From an uncultured virus (IMG/VR IMGVR_UViG_3300043436_000583) (taxonomy: Duplodnaviria > Heunggongvirae > Uroviricota > Caudoviricetes): a DNA stretch of 53,851 bases. Of the stretch, positions 8,974-19,534 are shown piece after piece. The stretch covers positions 62,001-115,851 of IMG/VR virus record IMGVR_UViG_3300043436_000583. One strand, 5' to 3'. A program made the translations under genes and the position numbers. The notes under the pieces were generated by a model that saw only the letters and a list, made by a program, of their open reading frames with translations, did no database searches and was not told the DNA's origin. Numbering within the stretch: the stretch's first letter is position 1; each line of letters begins with the position of its first letter.

Positions 8974-9176
8974 TAATGAGATTAAATGTAAAAACATATA
9001 ACACACTACCTGCAAAGAACAGTCACTGGTGGCAAGTGGTGTTATTTCCTACAGTGAGTATAATGAACAATATACAGAAGAATGACCCATACGTGGCTAT
9101 TAATATAGAATATCTATTTTGGTCACTTACAATAATTATAAGTTATGGCAATTCCAGTTCTTACGCTACGAGATAA
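8970..9176 (+). CDS. hypothetical protein
   Basis: ATGA-coupled ORF. Confidence 0.5.
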   Translation: MIMRLNVKTYNTLPAKNSHWWQVVLFPTVSIMNNIQKNDPYVAINIEYLFWSLTIIISYGNSSSYATR

Positions 9177-10233
9177 GAGACAGCAAGAATTTGCTCAAGT
9201 ATTCTTAGACCATGCAGAATTTGGTATCCTTAATCTATGCCCTAGATTTGGTAAGATATTTACAACTATCAACATCCTAGAGAAATTAGATGATGATATC
9301 AACATCCTGATAGCATATCCTGATCTTAAGATTAAGAGTGCTTGGGAAGAGGATTTCAAGAAAAGGAAGTATAAGAATCAGAACATCACTTATACCACCC
9401 ATTTGTCTATTAAAAAGCACACAGCTGGCTTTTACGACCTAGTTGTACTTGATGAGATACATTTACTCTCTGAAGCACAAATAGAGGCTGTAAAGGAGCT
9501 AAAATGCGTCAGTGTGCTTGGTTTAACAGGTACATTATCTAGCTATACAGAAGAAACATTAGGAATAGAGTTAAAACTACCAGTTTTAGCCACCTATTCT
9601 ATAGATCAGGCAATTAAAGAAGGTGTCATTACAGACTATGAAATCACAGTGGTGAGAGTACCACTTGATAACAAAAGAAAGAATGACTACAAGGGCAAAT
9701 TGAAGACTGAGAAACAGCAATTTGACTCATATGGATGGGTGATAGACCAACTAGAAAAAAAGGGTCAAAATACAATGTTCTTAAGACTAGCTAGAATGAG
9801 AGTGATTCAGAATAGTGTTGCTAAAATGGAGAAAACAAGAGCTCTATTAGCAAAACACAAAGATGAACGTGTGTTAGTATTCTGTGGACTCACAAGCATA
9901 GCAGATGAATTAGGAATCCCTGTATATCATAGCAAGTCAGGAGACAAAGATGTCTTTGAGAACTTTGCTAATGGTGATGGTAATCATTTAGCTGTTGTCA
10001 AGATAGGCAATACTGGTGTTACATATAAACCTCTTAATAGGGTGATAATCAATTACTTTGATAGCAACGCAGAGAATCTTGCACAGAAGATTAACAGATG
10101 CATGGCTATGGAGTATAATACACCTGATAAGAAAGCACACATCTACATCGTGTGCACTGTAGAAGATGTAGAAAGAAAGTGGCTTAAGAAAGCACTAGAA
10201 TTTTTTGATAAAGATAAAATTAAATACACATGA
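9145..10233 (+). CDS. superfamily 2 helicase-like protein
   Basis: PRFGK (degenerate Walker A), DEIH, GLTGT, QKINR. Confidence 0.8.
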   Translation: MAIPVLTLRDKRQQEFAQVFLDHAEFGILNLCPRFGKIFTTINILEKLDDDINILIAYPDLKIKSAWEEDFKKRKYKNQNITYTTHLSIKKHTAGFYDLVVLDEIHLLSEAQIEAVKELKCVSVLGLTGTLSSYTEETLGIELKLPVLATYSIDQAIKEGVITDYEITVVRVPLDNKRKNDYKGKLKTEKQQFDSYGWVIDQLEKKGQNTMFLRLARMRVIQNSVAKMEKTRALLAKHKDERVLVFCGLTSIADELGIPVYHSKSGDKDVFENFANGDGNHLAVVKIGNTGVTYKPLNRVIINYFDSNAENLAQKINRCMAMEYNTPDKKAHIYIVCTVEDVERKWLKKALEFFDKDKIKYT

Positions 10234-10442
10234 AAGTAGAATTAGAAGAGCAAGTAAAGTATAATGCAGAGCCTTGGTTTGTAATAAGAGTGGATGGTGA
10301 ATATTTTACTGGTACAGGCAATAAAGCCAATGCTGTTAAGATGTACGAAGAAATAATAGCTGACCCAACTGTTATAAATACTAAGAGAATTATTTTGAAA
10401 TCTGAAGAAATTACGTTACCTTTGGAGGAAACAAATCAGTAA
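10230..10442 (+). CDS. hypothetical protein
   Basis: ATGA-coupled ORF. Confidence 0.65.
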   Translation: MKVELEEQVKYNAEPWFVIRVDGEYFTGTGNKANAVKMYEEIIADPTVINTKRIILKSEEITLPLEETNQ

Positions 10443-10446
10443 AAAC

Positions 10447-11118
10447 ATGTCAAGTAAATTAATTGGAATTGTTGGTCCTACAGGCACTGGCAAATCAACA
10501 TCAATCAAACATTTGAATCCCAAAGAAACGTACATTATCAATGTTGCTAAGAAAGAATTACCTTTCAAAGGAGCAGAGAAGTTGTACAACACAGAAAGTA
10601 AGAATTACAAAGAAGTGGATGACGCTAATGAGATTACACGTCTATTAAGGACTATCTCTGAAAAAGCACCACACATTAAAAACGTTATCATTGAAGACTC
10701 TAATTACATTATGGGCTTCAATATGTTAGCACGAGCTACAGAAGTTGGTTTTACCAAATTTACCATTATGGCTAAAGATATGGTGGAACTATTCAGAGAA
10801 GCTAGACGCTTACGTGACGACATCAAAGTGTTCTATTTTACACACCCTGAGACTATTGAGGATGGTGGTGAGATTATAGGATATAAGATTAAGACAGCAG
10901 GTAAATTGATTGACAATCAGATTGTATTAGAAGGATTGTTAACAGTTTGTTTGTACACATTTGTAGAAGAAAGCAAAGATGGCACAGCCACATATAACTT
11001 TGTAACTAACAGATTTAAAAAATATCCAGCAAAGAGTCCTGATGGAATGTTTGCAGAGATTAAAATACCAAATAACTTACAAGAAGTAGTCAATGCTATT
11101 GACGAATATTACAATTAA
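10447..11118 (+). CDS. AAA-family ATPase (Sak4/AAA_24-like)
   Basis: GPTGTGKST, IIED, AKSP; TACCTTTG box at 10417-10424. Confidence 0.85.
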   Translation: MSSKLIGIVGPTGTGKSTSIKHLNPKETYIINVAKKELPFKGAEKLYNTESKNYKEVDDANEITRLLRTISEKAPHIKNVIIEDSNYIMGFNMLARATEVGFTKFTIMAKDMVELFREARRLRDDIKVFYFTHPETIEDGGEIIGYKIKTAGKLIDNQIVLEGLLTVCLYTFVEESKDGTATYNFVTNRFKKYPAKSPDGMFAEIKIPNNLQEVVNAIDEYYN

Positions 11119-11138
11119 TAACAAATAAATACAGAAAA

Positions 11139-12017
11139 ATGAGTAACATTGGAGGAGACAAAAGACAAAGCCCAGCATTTGAAGAAAAAGAGTTTGCCAA
11201 GAAGATTGGCTTATTCGAAGCAAGAGTGATTGCAGTTAACCCTACAACAGAAGAATATTCTGATGTATTAGGAAGACAATTAAAAGAAGATAGCAAAGCT
11301 ACAGAGTACTTAGGTACTAGTAAAGATGGTAATGCTAGATTACGTTTAGACTTTTGGTTAGAAGAAGTTAAAACACAAGAGAAGTTTAAATTAAGTTTCT
11401 TTATTGAAAACAAAGAGAAGGAAAATAAAGATCAAACTAAGAAACAATATATTAATAACATTGGACGTTGTACATGGGCTGATAGTCCAAACAACTTACC
11501 ACCATGGTTCAAAGAAAGAGAGAATCGTGTAGCATTTGTTGGTGAAGAAGACCTTTACAATTTCTTACGCTCTTGGTTAAGTAACATTGACTTTAGCAGC
11601 AAGAAATCTACATTACAATTAGAATTCAACAAGTTGATTAAGGGTAATGTTAAGGAACTTAATGAGCAAATCAATGGTGAGTGGGCTACAAACATTGTAG
11701 CATTGGCAACTGTTAGTTCAAAAGAGACAGCAGATGGTGTAAAAGAATATCAAGCTATATATAACAAAGCATTCTTACCTCCATATAGTATTAAAGCATT
11801 CAGATTATTAGATTATAATAAAGCTGAAGCAATTAGTGCATTACGTCAAAAGTCACAGAAAGAATTAAAACCTCATGAGCGTTTTGTTTTGAATGTGGTT
11901 GGCGAATATGGCTGTAAAGATTTCTTTACATTCAAAGAGTTAAAAGATTACAACTCTGAAGACAATCTAGTAGCATCTGACAAGGTGATTGCAGATGATG
12001 ACAGTGAATTTCTATAA
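11139..12017 (+). CDS. putative single-stranded DNA-binding protein
   Basis: Follows the AAA ATPase; acidic C-terminal tail DDDSEFL. Confidence 0.55.
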   Translation: MSNIGGDKRQSPAFEEKEFAKKIGLFEARVIAVNPTTEEYSDVLGRQLKEDSKATEYLGTSKDGNARLRLDFWLEEVKTQEKFKLSFFIENKEKENKDQTKKQYINNIGRCTWADSPNNLPPWFKERENRVAFVGEEDLYNFLRSWLSNIDFSSKKSTLQLEFNKLIKGNVKELNEQINGEWATNIVALATVSSKETADGVKEYQAIYNKAFLPPYSIKAFRLLDYNKAEAISALRQKSQKELKPHERFVLNVVGEYGCKDFFTFKELKDYNSEDNLVASDKVIADDDSEFL

Positions 12018-12040
12018 TGGGTCCCACCAAAATAAGAATT

Positions 12041-12064
12041 GGCCTCACTTTTGTGGGGCCTTTT
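12041..12064 (+). terminator. intrinsic terminator
   Basis: ggcctcac-tttt-gtggggcc-tttt. Confidence 0.75.
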
Positions 12065-12079
12065 CATTAACTTTACATT

Positions 12080-13084
12080 ATGATTAATGGAGTAAGAAAA
12101 ACAAAACTATCCATAGAGGCTATTCTAAGCAGAATATCAGAGTATGACATCTTTAGATTTTACATGCCTAATCAAGATTGGAAGATTAATAGAGTGACAT
12201 ATTCTCCATTTAGACATGAGAACAATCCATCATTCATGATTGGTAATAAGATGGGTTATCTTCTATTTATAGATTATGCTGATACTAGCAAACGTGGTGA
12301 CTGTTTTAATTTTGTTCAGATGGTACATAATCTTCCTAATATGAGTGAAACTTTGCGTAAGATAGATAAAGACTTTGGTCTTGGTCTTTCTACAGGAGTG
12401 ATAACAGAAGACTATAAGAGGATTATATCTGAATATAAACAGCCCCATCTAGAGAAGAGATATTCCCTGATTCAGGTCAAGGTTAGAAAGTTCACAAAAA
12501 GCGAACTAGACTATTGGGCAGAGTATCACCAGGATCTGCAAGACCTTAGAGATAACAATGTTTATTCTATTAAAGAACTCTATCTTAACAAGCAAAGATT
12601 CCCACTAGGGGAGAATGAGCTTAGATTTGGGTACCTTTATGAAGGACAGTATTGGAAGATATATAGGCCATATGCTGATAAGAAGCATAAGTGGATGCCT
12701 AATAATGTTCCTATCACAGCAATGGATGGTAAATTGGATATCACAAATTGTGATGTTGCATTTATTAACAAGAGTAAGAAAGATTATATGGTAATGAAGA
12801 AGATATTTCCCTGCTGTTGTGCTGTACAAAATGAAGGACTTGGATGTTTCTCACATGAGAATGTAGAGTATCTAAAAGCAAACTCTGATAGACAAATCCT
12901 TAGCTTTGATGCTGATGATGTTGGTGTACAGAATTCCAAACAGATTACAGAGATGTTTGATTTTGAATATACTAACGTCCCACGTCAGTATTTATCAGAA
13001 GGGATTAAAGATTGGGCAGATCTTGCAAAAGCCCATGGATTACAAGCAATAAAAGATTATTTAAAAAGTAAAAACCTGTTATAA
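12080..13084 (+). CDS. DnaG-like primase (divergent)
   Basis: SPFRHENNPSF ZBD remnant, GDCF, TOPRIM FDADDVG, KDWAD. Confidence 0.8.
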   Translation: MINGVRKTKLSIEAILSRISEYDIFRFYMPNQDWKINRVTYSPFRHENNPSFMIGNKMGYLLFIDYADTSKRGDCFNFVQMVHNLPNMSETLRKIDKDFGLGLSTGVITEDYKRIISEYKQPHLEKRYSLIQVKVRKFTKSELDYWAEYHQDLQDLRDNNVYSIKELYLNKQRFPLGENELRFGYLYEGQYWKIYRPYADKKHKWMPNNVPITAMDGKLDITNCDVAFINKSKKDYMVMKKIFPCCCAVQNEGLGCFSHENVEYLKANSDRQILSFDADDVGVQNSKQITEMFDFEYTNVPRQYLSEGIKDWADLAKAHGLQAIKDYLKSKNLL

Positions 13085-13845
13085 TGGACACATTTAACAC
13101 CACAAAGGAATTGATCACAAATGCATCAGTTCCTGTACAAACACGTACATATAAGCCAGTGAGTCATTCATCATTGATTGACCTTACACTAAACAGTATT
13201 GAGAAAGCAGGATTTATCCTAGACAAAGAAACTTATTCTGCAGCTAGAGATGGTAATGTTGCTAATGGTAGATTTTCTATCAGCAATGTTGCAGACAGCG
13301 AGATGCAGTTACAGATTGGTTGGCAGAATAGTTATGACAGAAGCATGAGTCTTAAGTTTGCTATTGGTACAAGAATTATGATATGCTCTAATGGTTGTGT
13401 ATCAGGAGACTTTGGTGCCTTTAAGAAAAGACATAAAGGTGACATACAAGACTTTACACCAGGTGCCATCGTTGATTACATCAAAGGTGCAGGTGAAGCA
13501 TTTACTACTATGCAAAAGCAAAGAGAACAAATGAAACAAGTGCAAATAACTAAGCGTACCAAAGCTGAATTAGTTGGTAGAATGATGCTAGAAGAACATT
13601 TCATTACATCTACACAATTAAGCATAATTGGTAAAGAGTTAAAAGCTCCTACACATGATTATAATGCTAAAGATAGCTTATGGGAGTTGTACAATTATAC
13701 AACATTTGCTATGAAAGAAACTCATCCATCACAATGGATGGAGAGTCACATCAAGGCACATAAGTTCTTCAATGATTACGCATATGATCAATCAGCTCCA
13801 TGGGAAGCAGAAGAAGCAACATTTAGTCAAATATCAATATTTTAA
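13084..13845 (+). CDS. DUF932-like protein
   Basis: NSYDRS...ICSNG, LWELYN motifs. Confidence 0.75.
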   Translation: MDTFNTTKELITNASVPVQTRTYKPVSHSSLIDLTLNSIEKAGFILDKETYSAARDGNVANGRFSISNVADSEMQLQIGWQNSYDRSMSLKFAIGTRIMICSNGCVSGDFGAFKKRHKGDIQDFTPGAIVDYIKGAGEAFTTMQKQREQMKQVQITKRTKAELVGRMMLEEHFITSTQLSIIGKELKAPTHDYNAKDSLWELYNYTTFAMKETHPSQWMESHIKAHKFFNDYAYDQSAPWEAEEATFSQISIF

Positions 13846-13846
13846 C

Positions 13847-14563
13847 ATGAACTGGATAAAGTTCCAAGATCATTTTCATCCTTCTTGGCATAGATTTATG
13901 CAGCCTTTTATTGAAAGCGAAGCATGTGATAACATCTATAAATATCTCAAAGCTGAAAGTCAGAGGGGCAAGAAGATTGCTCCTCTCTCTCAGAATGTTT
14001 ATAGATGCTTCTCTGAGACATCATATGATGACCTGAAGTTGGTTATGGTGGGCATGTGTCCATATCATTCTATAAAGAATGGACAGTATGTAGCAGATGG
14101 CCTATTAATGGGCTGTTCTACAACAGGCATATTACAACCTTCTCTAATAAAGTTTTATGATGGTGTTGAAAAAGAGGTACACAATGGATTATGCGTGACA
14201 TGTGAAAGACCAGCAGATGTATCTTTCTTAGCACAACAAGGTGTGTTGATGTATAACGCTGCTCTCACTACAGAGATTAATAAAGCAGGCTCTCATATTG
14301 ATTTGTGGGAACCATTTACTAAATATCTATTTGAGGAAGTCTTAGCACCAACAGGAACACCTATATTGTTTCTAGGTAAAGATGCTTCTAAATATGAGAA
14401 ATATGTGGCACCATTTACATGGCATTTCACATTGAGTCATCCAGCCAGTGCGTCTTATAAACAAACTGAATGGGACACAGAAGGAACATTTACAAAAATT
14501 AACAAAATATTAAAGGAAAACAACAATCTACAGATAGATTGGATGTTAGACACACCCTTTTAA
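13847..14563 (+). CDS. uracil-DNA glycosylase family-1-like protein (variant catalytic motif)
   Basis: VMVGMCPYH, ADGL, LAQQGVLMYNAALT, SHPAS. Confidence 0.85.
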   Translation: MNWIKFQDHFHPSWHRFMQPFIESEACDNIYKYLKAESQRGKKIAPLSQNVYRCFSETSYDDLKLVMVGMCPYHSIKNGQYVADGLLMGCSTTGILQPSLIKFYDGVEKEVHNGLCVTCERPADVSFLAQQGVLMYNAALTTEINKAGSHIDLWEPFTKYLFEEVLAPTGTPILFLGKDASKYEKYVAPFTWHFTLSHPASASYKQTEWDTEGTFTKINKILKENNNLQIDWMLDTPF

Positions 14564-14573
14564 AAACACAATT

Positions 14574-14936
14574 ATGTATACAGTATTACATGGTGGAGAT
14601 ATCCACAAAGGAGATTTAATAGCAGTGGCTAGTAGTAGCTACATGAGTATTGGTATTTATATTGGAAGAGGACAAGGAGGATCACTTCAATATCTATGGC
14701 CTGGTAGTGCCACAGCACAAAGAGATTGGCATGAAGAACAGTTAAAGAACTGGAAAGGTGATAAACCAATGAAACCACTTAGAATTTCTCAGATGGGCAA
14801 AAACTTTATTAATAGTCCAACTGGTACCAGAATTATTAAGTTAAACAAAGAAAACATCACAGACCAAGAAACTATAGAAAGACTTTTAACAGATAAAGAA
14901 GTGTTAAGAGAATTTAACATTACAGTAAACTACTAA
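14574..14936 (+). CDS. hypothetical protein
   Basis: 120 aa operon ORF. Confidence 0.75.
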   Translation: MYTVLHGGDIHKGDLIAVASSSYMSIGIYIGRGQGGSLQYLWPGSATAQRDWHEEQLKNWKGDKPMKPLRISQMGKNFINSPTGTRIIKLNKENITDQETIERLLTDKEVLREFNITVNY

Positions 14937-14940
14937 CACA

Positions 14941-17295
14941 ATGATTTTAGAAAAACAAACAGAATCACACATCCTTGAAGAAGGAAGTACACAGGAAACT
15001 GTGAAGATGTCACTAGACTTAGATTCTGCTCAGGTCCTGATGCAGATGTTAAGTAAGAATCTATATTCAGATTCAGTAGGCTCTACTATCAGAGAATGTG
15101 CATCCAATGCACTAGATAGTCACAGAAGAGCTGGGTGTGATAAGCCTATTATTGTTTCATTTAAAAGAAACAATCAGGCAGATACATTTGAATTTGCTGT
15201 TGAAGACTTTGGTATTGGCCTAGATGCAGATGATGTACGCAATATTATCAGTAAATATGGTAAATCAACTAAGCGTAATAGCAATACAGAATTAGGTATG
15301 ATGGGCTTAGGTTTTAAGGCACCTTTAGCATATAGTTCTAGCTTCTACTTTGTATGTAGAAAGAATTCTATGGAACGTAAATACATGATGTATGAAGGAG
15401 ATGATACAAACAGTATTGATCTTTTATATGAAAGGCCTACAACTGAGCCAAATGGTGTAAAGGTTATTGTCCCTGTTAAATATGAAAATAGATATAGTTT
15501 TACTCAGAAGATCAAAGAACAACTAGCTTATTTTGAGAGTGTTTATTTTGATGTAGATAGTTCTTGGGGAAGAGTAGATAATGATTTTACTATACACAGA
15601 GCTGAGCATTATCAATATTCTGATCTTGCTACTAATGGTCACATGCATTTGTGTTTAGATAATGTATCCTATCCAATTGACTGGGAGAAGCTTGGTATTG
15701 ATAGAATTCCTATGAAACTAGCTTTACGTTTCAGTCTTAGTGATGGATTATTCCCTACACCAAATAGAGAAGCACTTAGATATACACAAGAAGCTAAAGA
15801 AACCATTCTTAAGAAGATAACTACAGTGGCTAATATCTTCATGGAGAAGTTCAATGAGTCTATCACAGATAGTGCTGATATCAAAGCTATTATGGATTAT
15901 TATGGTAATAATGATAAGTCTATTGATAGTTCTTTTATAGGACAATCAGGAAGAATTGATGTAAGCTATTTACTTAGACATGCTACAACTATTAGTAAAC
16001 AACCTAAATTAAAGGGTGCAGAATCATTAAACTTAAAGAGAATAGCTGAAATGTGTAAAGATTACATGTTAGCTGAGTATCAAGTGAAGTTTAGATACAA
16101 TACCAATAGATTTAATAAGTCTACTAGTTATTGGACCACTAACTTAAGAGTGAATGATTTTTCAGGTGGTCATTTTGGTGGTGTATATATATTTAGTGAT
16201 AGACTTAGTAAAGGTAAACAAGACTATCTAAGAAGTATATTGGGAGATAATCATAAAACATATTATTTTGTTAAAAAAGATAAACAATTTAAGCTTGGAT
16301 CTAAGACAGTTACAGATTGGGAAACTTACCATTCTATATTAGATTTAAAAAATCATCCAAAGACTCAATGGAGACAGATGATTAAAGAGTTTAGATATGT
16401 AATAGATATGTATTCTAAAACCTTTATTGATGTAGATGCTATTGATATACCACAAGCATTTATAGATGCTCAGAAAGCTAAAAGAATGAAGGTTATAGCT
16501 AAAGCTACCACTGTAAAGGGTGTTAAGAAGGTTAGAATGAAAGGTGAATTCTCTGGTAAAAGAGGTGAATCAACACAACATACTCTAACTGACCAATATT
16601 GTAAGTTTGTTCCTAATACGTACAAAATGGAGGACATCCATAAACTAAAGATGTTACATGTATATGCTAAGGAAGTTGATAAAAAGCAAATGGACAAAGC
16701 TTGGTCTTGTTTTAGCAAGCACGCAGCATTCATATTAGTTGCCCAAGCTACATTTGATAACTTACAGAAAGCAGATTTACATAACTGGATAACATTAGAT
16801 AAATTTATGGAAGGTAAAAATAGACCATTTAAGACAATAACTACAGCGTTCTTAATTGATGAGCTAATGACAAATCATAATGCTACATTCAAAAGAATTA
16901 ATGTAGTTAGAGATATATCTGCTGATTTAGCAGATAAATTACAGATATTGTATGATTATGATAACAATCACAATAGAAGCTATGCAGATGCTACAACTAA
17001 AAAAGCAGTTATAGAACATGCTAAAGCAAACAACTTATTTGACCAGCCTACATATCTAGTGTATCAGCAAGTTAATGAGGTGCTTACTAAGCTAAAGTTC
17101 TTAGATGCTATATTAGATACAATGCATTATAGCAATTCTAAAAAGGATTCTCCTATGATGATGGCTATAGTTGATCTTTTTAAATATCATAAGCATAGAG
17201 TGAATCTAGAGCATTATAAAATTACACTAACAGAAGATGCCCCTTTAGAGGAGGTGTTAACACAAGACACAATTGAAGAATTAGAAACAATTTAA
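14941..17295 (+). CDS. rIIA: rIIA-like protein with GHKL ATPase domain
   Basis: LYSD..IRECASNALDSH, DFGIG, STKR, GMMGLGFK, PNREAL. Confidence 0.85.
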   Translation: MILEKQTESHILEEGSTQETVKMSLDLDSAQVLMQMLSKNLYSDSVGSTIRECASNALDSHRRAGCDKPIIVSFKRNNQADTFEFAVEDFGIGLDADDVRNIISKYGKSTKRNSNTELGMMGLGFKAPLAYSSSFYFVCRKNSMERKYMMYEGDDTNSIDLLYERPTTEPNGVKVIVPVKYENRYSFTQKIKEQLAYFESVYFDVDSSWGRVDNDFTIHRAEHYQYSDLATNGHMHLCLDNVSYPIDWEKLGIDRIPMKLALRFSLSDGLFPTPNREALRYTQEAKETILKKITTVANIFMEKFNESITDSADIKAIMDYYGNNDKSIDSSFIGQSGRIDVSYLLRHATTISKQPKLKGAESLNLKRIAEMCKDYMLAEYQVKFRYNTNRFNKSTSYWTTNLRVNDFSGGHFGGVYIFSDRLSKGKQDYLRSILGDNHKTYYFVKKDKQFKLGSKTVTDWETYHSILDLKNHPKTQWRQMIKEFRYVIDMYSKTFIDVDAIDIPQAFIDAQKAKRMKVIAKATTVKGVKKVRMKGEFSGKRGESTQHTLTDQYCKFVPNTYKMEDIHKLKMLHVYAKEVDKKQMDKAWSCFSKHAAFILVAQATFDNLQKADLHNWITLDKFMEGKNRPFKTITTAFLIDELMTNHNATFKRINVVRDISADLADKLQILYDYDNNHNRSYADATTKKAVIEHAKANNLFDQPTYLVYQQVNEVLTKLKFLDAILDTMHYSNSKKDSPMMMAIVDLFKYHKHRVNLEHYKITLTEDAPLEEVLTQDTIEELETI

Positions 17296-17305
17296 AAAAC
17301 AAAAC

Positions 17306-18844
17306 ATGGGACTATTTAGCCTAAACTGGTTCAAGAACCAGAAAGAAAAACAGATTCAAGATTTAAAAATTGAAATCAAAATTGCAGAATTAGAAAAAAC
17401 ATTAGAGAGAACAATTGCTCATCCTAAACCATCAGATTATTCTCATGCGACAGCTGGTGGATATACCTCTAGTTGTTTAACTGCATCAATCTCTAAGCCA
17501 TATATGAATATAAAGATGGTAAATGATACATTGACTATTATATTAAATGATGGTTCTATCATTACTAAATCTCCTGCAACTGCAGGGGATTTTGATAAAG
17601 CAAGAGAATGTAAGACAGAATCTTGTTTATTAAGTCTTGTAAGCTCTCCAGAAATAAAAGAAGAAAAGAGAAAAGCTGAAGCTGAGTATGAGAAAGCTAA
17701 AGCTATTCAAAGAGGTGCTGAATTCTTAGCTACCCTTGAGGAATTTGAGATGAAGAACAATGCTTTGTATTTAAAAGGTATCAGTAGAAGTCTACCTCCA
17801 TTACTAGTAGAAGAGTTCTTAGAAGTGGTTGGTAAACATGGTGGTACAAAAAATGATGAATTCAATGCTTTGCATAGATTCTTTATGTGGTGCTGCTTGA
17901 ATCCAAGAGCTGAGGTTGCAGATAAGTTATTTACCTTCTTGAAGAAGAATAGCTTTAGCATCACTAAGCAGGGCTTCTTTGTAGCTTTGAGGAATGTAGT
18001 TACATTGCATGGTTCTACAGAATTAGTACAATTCATAAGCAATGCTTATAATAAAGTGAAGGCTGTTTGGAAGAAGAAACCTGAAGATTACACTGTATTC
18101 TTACAAGATGATGGTACATACAAAATGGTTCATAAAGATTTACTTACAAAAGAAGAAACATGTACATATTGTGATGGATCTGGTTATATTCCAGGGTATG
18201 ATGAAGATGGTTTTGAGTCAGATGATGATGATAATAGAGAATGTCCAGATTGTGATACTACAGGTAAAGTTAATGTAACTTGTGAAGATGAATATGGTCA
18301 ACCTATTGGTAATCTGACAGAACTATATCTTGATCTTCCTAATAGAGCAGAGAATAGATTTACAGATGCTCATACAAGAACATTTGATATCAGAATTGGT
18401 AGACCAGTGAGTATGCCTATGGAAAAGTGCAGATGGAATACTGATGACTGTGGTGCTGAAGGTCTACACTTTACTAGTGATGAGATTCATTATGTAGGAT
18501 GTGGAGATACAAGCGTTCTTGTACTTATTAACCCAATGAAGGTGGTAGGTATTGGTGAGTCTAAGGGTAGATGCTATGAGTATTTACCAATTATGACTGT
18601 GCCACGTGAGGAAGCAACAGACATTTTACATGATCTTGACTTTGATACACTAGAGCTAGATGAGAGTTATGCTGTACGTGAATTAGATAACTTGGCTGAG
18701 AAGGCTAAGGAAGGATTTACAGAAGAGCGTAAGAAGTATGATTTCAATCTCCCTGCCCTATCTGCTGTAGAAGTTTATACAATTGTAAAGAGTCTTGATG
18801 AAATAAAACAAGAAATATCTAAAAGAATTGTAGAAATTGATTAA
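17306..18844 (+). CDS. rIIB: rIIB-like protein
   Basis: LNP...LFTFL...IT..GFF; CGAEGLH; INPMKVV; GRCYEY; follows rIIA. Confidence 0.8.
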   Translation: MGLFSLNWFKNQKEKQIQDLKIEIKIAELEKTLERTIAHPKPSDYSHATAGGYTSSCLTASISKPYMNIKMVNDTLTIILNDGSIITKSPATAGDFDKARECKTESCLLSLVSSPEIKEEKRKAEAEYEKAKAIQRGAEFLATLEEFEMKNNALYLKGISRSLPPLLVEEFLEVVGKHGGTKNDEFNALHRFFMWCCLNPRAEVADKLFTFLKKNSFSITKQGFFVALRNVVTLHGSTELVQFISNAYNKVKAVWKKKPEDYTVFLQDDGTYKMVHKDLLTKEETCTYCDGSGYIPGYDEDGFESDDDDNRECPDCDTTGKVNVTCEDEYGQPIGNLTELYLDLPNRAENRFTDAHTRTFDIRIGRPVSMPMEKCRWNTDDCGAEGLHFTSDEIHYVGCGDTSVLVLINPMKVVGIGESKGRCYEYLPIMTVPREEATDILHDLDFDTLELDESYAVRELDNLAEKAKEGFTEERKKYDFNLPALSAVEVYTIVKSLDEIKQEISKRIVEID

Positions 18845-18874
18845 ATTTGTAGTCCCAGGGATAAAACCCTGGGA
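18842..18874 (+). promoter_or_regulatory. -7 box TAAATTTG followed by hairpin tcccaggg/ccctggga
   Basis: Motif match plus a perfect 8-bp stem before ORF 18886. Confidence 0.5.
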
Positions 18875-18885
18875 TTATATATATT

Positions 18886-19305
18886 ATGATAAAAAAGAAT
18901 GCAACAAAGAGAATCTCTAAAATACCTAGAAAGGTAGTCAGTAAAACAAGATGCCATGGGACCATGACAGAGTCAGCATTTTGGAGCTTTATACGCAGTG
19001 CACTTAGACAAAAGTCTAGATTTTGGAAGCCTATTACAGAATGCAAGCTTAAAGCACGCAGATTGTACAAGGGCACAAATAAGAGACAAAAGTTTGAGTA
19101 TCAATGCAATGTGTGTAAAAACTGGTTCATAGAGAAGAAAATAAATGTTGACCACATTAATGCTGCAGGTAGCTTAAGAAGCTCAGAAGACCTACCAGGA
19201 TTTGTAGAGAGATTATTCTGTGAGGTAGACAACTTACAAGTCTTATGTGAAAAATGCCATGACAAAAAAACAAAAGCAGATAAACATGAAAAGGACAATT
19301 ACTAA
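18886..19305 (+). CDS. HNH endonuclease with zinc finger
   Basis: CNVC...VDHI...NLQVLCEKCHDKKT. Confidence 0.85.
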   Translation: MIKKNATKRISKIPRKVVSKTRCHGTMTESAFWSFIRSALRQKSRFWKPITECKLKARRLYKGTNKRQKFEYQCNVCKNWFIEKKINVDHINAAGSLRSSEDLPGFVERLFCEVDNLQVLCEKCHDKKTKADKHEKDNY

Positions 19306-19534
19306 GCTTAACAACAAGAAGCTTGCAGATCTAGTAGATCACAATGTAAGAGAATGTATTCAAAAGAAAGAAAACTATGAAATTGAATACAGAGGTAAGT
19401 CAATGATACTTACACCAGAAGAACTCAAAACAAAATGTGTTGGCAGACAGTATATTGCTGAGCCAAAGTTTGGGGATAAGCCATATCATTTGCTATCCTA
19501 TCTTTGGGAACCCACTAAAATATCAGAAAAATGA
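19286..19534 (+). CDS. hypothetical protein
   Basis: Likely start MKRTIT. Confidence 0.65.
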   Translation: MKRTITKLNNKKLADLVDHNVRECIQKKENYEIEYRGKSMILTPEELKTKCVGRQYIAEPKFGDKPYHLLSYLWEPTKISEK

